A stretch of DNA of 64,000 bases from Heterodontus francisci (Eukaryota): NCBI RefSeq assembly GCF_036365525.1, contig NC_090418.1:14198248-14262247 (forward strand), read 5' to 3'. Shown here piece after piece: positions 61,820 to 64,000 of the stretch. Position 1 is the first letter of the stretch; each line of letters opens with the position of its first letter. The notes beneath the pieces were generated by a model. It had not been told where the DNA came from and did not search any database. It saw only the letters and a program-made list of their open reading frames with translations. Made by a program: the position numbers and the translations under genes.

Positions 61820-61897
61820 TCATCCCCTGTCATTGGAACACACAATTTACTAATCTGGAGTCATGCGTTATACCAGTTACAGTTACACCACCAGGTC
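61820..61897 (-). pseudogene. tRNA-Trp(CCA) pseudogene, paralogue of 42241-42306
   Basis: GACCTGGTGGTGTAAC..TGACTCCAGATTAGTAAATTGTGTGTTCCAATGAC. Confidence 0.7.
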
Positions 61898-62466
61898 GAT
61901 AATAAACAGCTGCCGGCGGATGCTGAGGAGTAAGATCTTTACAGACGCCTCCCTGGATCTCGGAGTGTGAGAGGTGGAAACAGCAGCAGCCAGCCTGCCT
62001 GAATAACAGCTCAGGAACCCCGTTCTCTCATGCAGCCGCTGCAGGCTGAGAGCTGTCTGAGCGCTGTTTGGGAGCTGGCTGTCGTTCTCATTTTATTGTC
62101 GGGGAACAAACCAGGTAGAGCTCACACACAGTGTGAGGAATCTCAATCCGGGCAGATTCACTTCTTTAACGCTGTTTACTTTCATTGAATTAACATTGAA
62201 TTCAATCCTCATCTGACCTCCGCTCAATCAGTTTCGTAGAATATTTAAATGGATACTTGGAGTTTTGATGTACAGAGTCTTGGCTATTTAGGCAGTTCTC
62301 AGATCCATATCTCAGATAAATCAGATGTTTAGCTGCTAGCTGCTCTATGCTACAAAGTGTACAGGAATTAAACAATTTCACCTGTGGACTGGGAACTGGC
62401 AGAGATTCGGCTCAGGTATCAAATCCAGAAACATTTTGGCATTGCTGGAGGCTATATCTATCAACC

Positions 62467-62851
62467 TTTTTAGATTAGATTAGATTAGAGATACAGCACT
62501 GAAACAGGCCCTTCGGCCCACCGAGTCTGTGCCGAACATCAACCACCCATTTATACTAATCCTACACTAATCCCATATTCCTACCAAACATCCCCACCTA
62601 TTCCTACCAAACATCCCCACCTATTCCTATATTTCCCTACCACCTACCTATACTAGTGACAATTTATAATGGCCAATTTACCTATCAACCTGCAAGTATT
62701 TTGGCTTGTGGGAGGAAACCGGAGCACCCGGAGAAAACCCACGCAGACACAGGGAGAACTTGCAAACTCCACACAGGCTGTACCCGGAATCGAACCCGGG
62801 TCCCTGGAGCTGTGAGGCTGCGGTGCTAACCACTGCGCCACTGTGCCGCCC
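62467..62851 (-). mobile_element. Young full-length HE1-like SINE
   Basis: Intact A box TGGCGCAGTGG and B box GGTTCGATTCC; (TCTAA)n tail; internal 23-bp duplication. Confidence 0.93.
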
Positions 62852-63242
62852 AATGTGGAGCTCAGTAGCACAATTGGTGAGATATAAACACTTATAAATA
62901 CTTCAGTGTATCTTACTCTGTGTCCAAAGCTGAGAGACAGCTTTATGTGTTAATAAAGAGTATAGTTGAGTGAGTGGTCTCTTAGATCAAGCAGGGCAAA
63001 AGACAAGAGTTTGTGGGCAGTGGATTTTGGGGTGAGGCATGGTGGAAGAAAGCAGTCATTCGTTAACATTTTACGGACTGTAAGGAATGCAGAATGAATG
63101 AGAGAGGGAGAGAGGGAAAGAGAGAGAGCGAAAGAAGCAATGCTGACCAAGCCATTATGGAAGAATGTGGCCATGATTCTGATTAAAATTGAACCAAACA
63201 TAAGATAATATACAAGTTGTATTAACAGACTATTAACATAAT

Positions 63243-63557
63243 GGGGCAGCACAGTGGCGCAGTGCAGCTTCATAGCGCAGGGACCCAGGTTCAATTCTGG
63301 GTCCTGCCTGTGCGGAGTTTGCAAGCTCTCCCTGTATCACGTGGGTTTTCACTGAGTGCTCCCGCTTCCTCCCACAGCCAAAGACTTGCAGGTTGATAGG
63401 TAAATTGGCCATTGTAAATTGCCCCTAGTGTAGGTATCTGATAGGGAATATGGGATTACTACAGGATTACTATAAATGGGTGATGTTGGTCGGCACAGAC
63501 TCAGTGGGCCGAGTGGCCTGTTTCAGTGCTGTATCTCGAAATAAAAATAAATAAAAA
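63243..63557 (+). mobile_element. HE1-like SINE
   Basis: Same head, body and tail as 14637; A-rich end. Confidence 0.88.
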
Positions 63558-63559
63558 AT

Positions 63560-64000
63560 CAGAGTATTAAGAAGCACTGCCAAAACTGGAATCAATGATA
63601 ATGTGGGGGAAACATCTCCGCTGGTTGGAGTCATACCTAGTGCAAAGGAAGATAGTTGTTGTTGTTGGAGGTCAATCATCCAGGACATTAGTGCAAGAAT
63701 TCCTCATGGTAGTGTCTTAGACCCTACCATCTTCAGCTGCTTCATCAATGACCTTCCTTCAATAATAAGGTCAGAAATAGGGCTGTTTGCTGATGATTGC
63801 AAAATGTTCAGTACCATTCACGACTTCTCCGAGAGTGAAGCAATCCATGTAGAAATGCAACAAGACCTGGACAATAGACAAATTTGGGGTGACAAGTGAC
63901 AGTTGCAACACACAAGGGCCTGGCAATCACAATCTGAAACAAGAGAAAATCTAAGTAACTCCCCTTGACATTCAATGGCATTAAGATCGATGAATCAGCC
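63560..64000 (+). mobile_element. LINE-A RT fragment (runs off window)
   Basis: PHGSVLDPTIFSCFINDLP..GLFADDC. Confidence 0.85.

Noticed and set aside
62780-62851. Functional tRNA gene
   Set aside because: It is the tRNA-derived head of an HE1-like SINE.
62860-62896. tRNA-Ile(TAT) 5'-half relic (GCTCAGTAGCACAATTGGTGAG..ACTTATA)
   Set aside because: Similarity is suggestive but too short, and no convincing 3' half was found.

Overview
Eukaryotic, repeat-dense vertebrate DNA. The repeat families and receptor type point to a cartilaginous fish (shark); this is inferred from sequence only. The window is a tandem array of segmental duplications. It carries two apparently intact two-exon class A GPCR genes of the GPR139/GPR142-like type on the minus strand (332 aa each) and a third copy pseudogenised by loss of most of exon 2. 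Most of the rest is nested retroelements: CR1 LINEs (one full length with a 159-bp monomer array at its 5' end), Penelope-like elements ending in a minimal hammerhead ribozyme motif, a young RTE LINE, HE1-like tRNA SINEs, and several decayed tRNA genes. The most unusual signal is a second CR1-group LINE family, here called LINE-A, with two near full-length copies. It begins with a tRNA-derived Pol III head, has no visible ORF1 and is almost free of sense-strand TTTT terminators. A SINE made of its 5' and 3' ends is also present. It is a candidate Pol III-driven autonomous retrotransposon with its own SINE. All alignments were done by eye; boundaries of old repeats are approximate.
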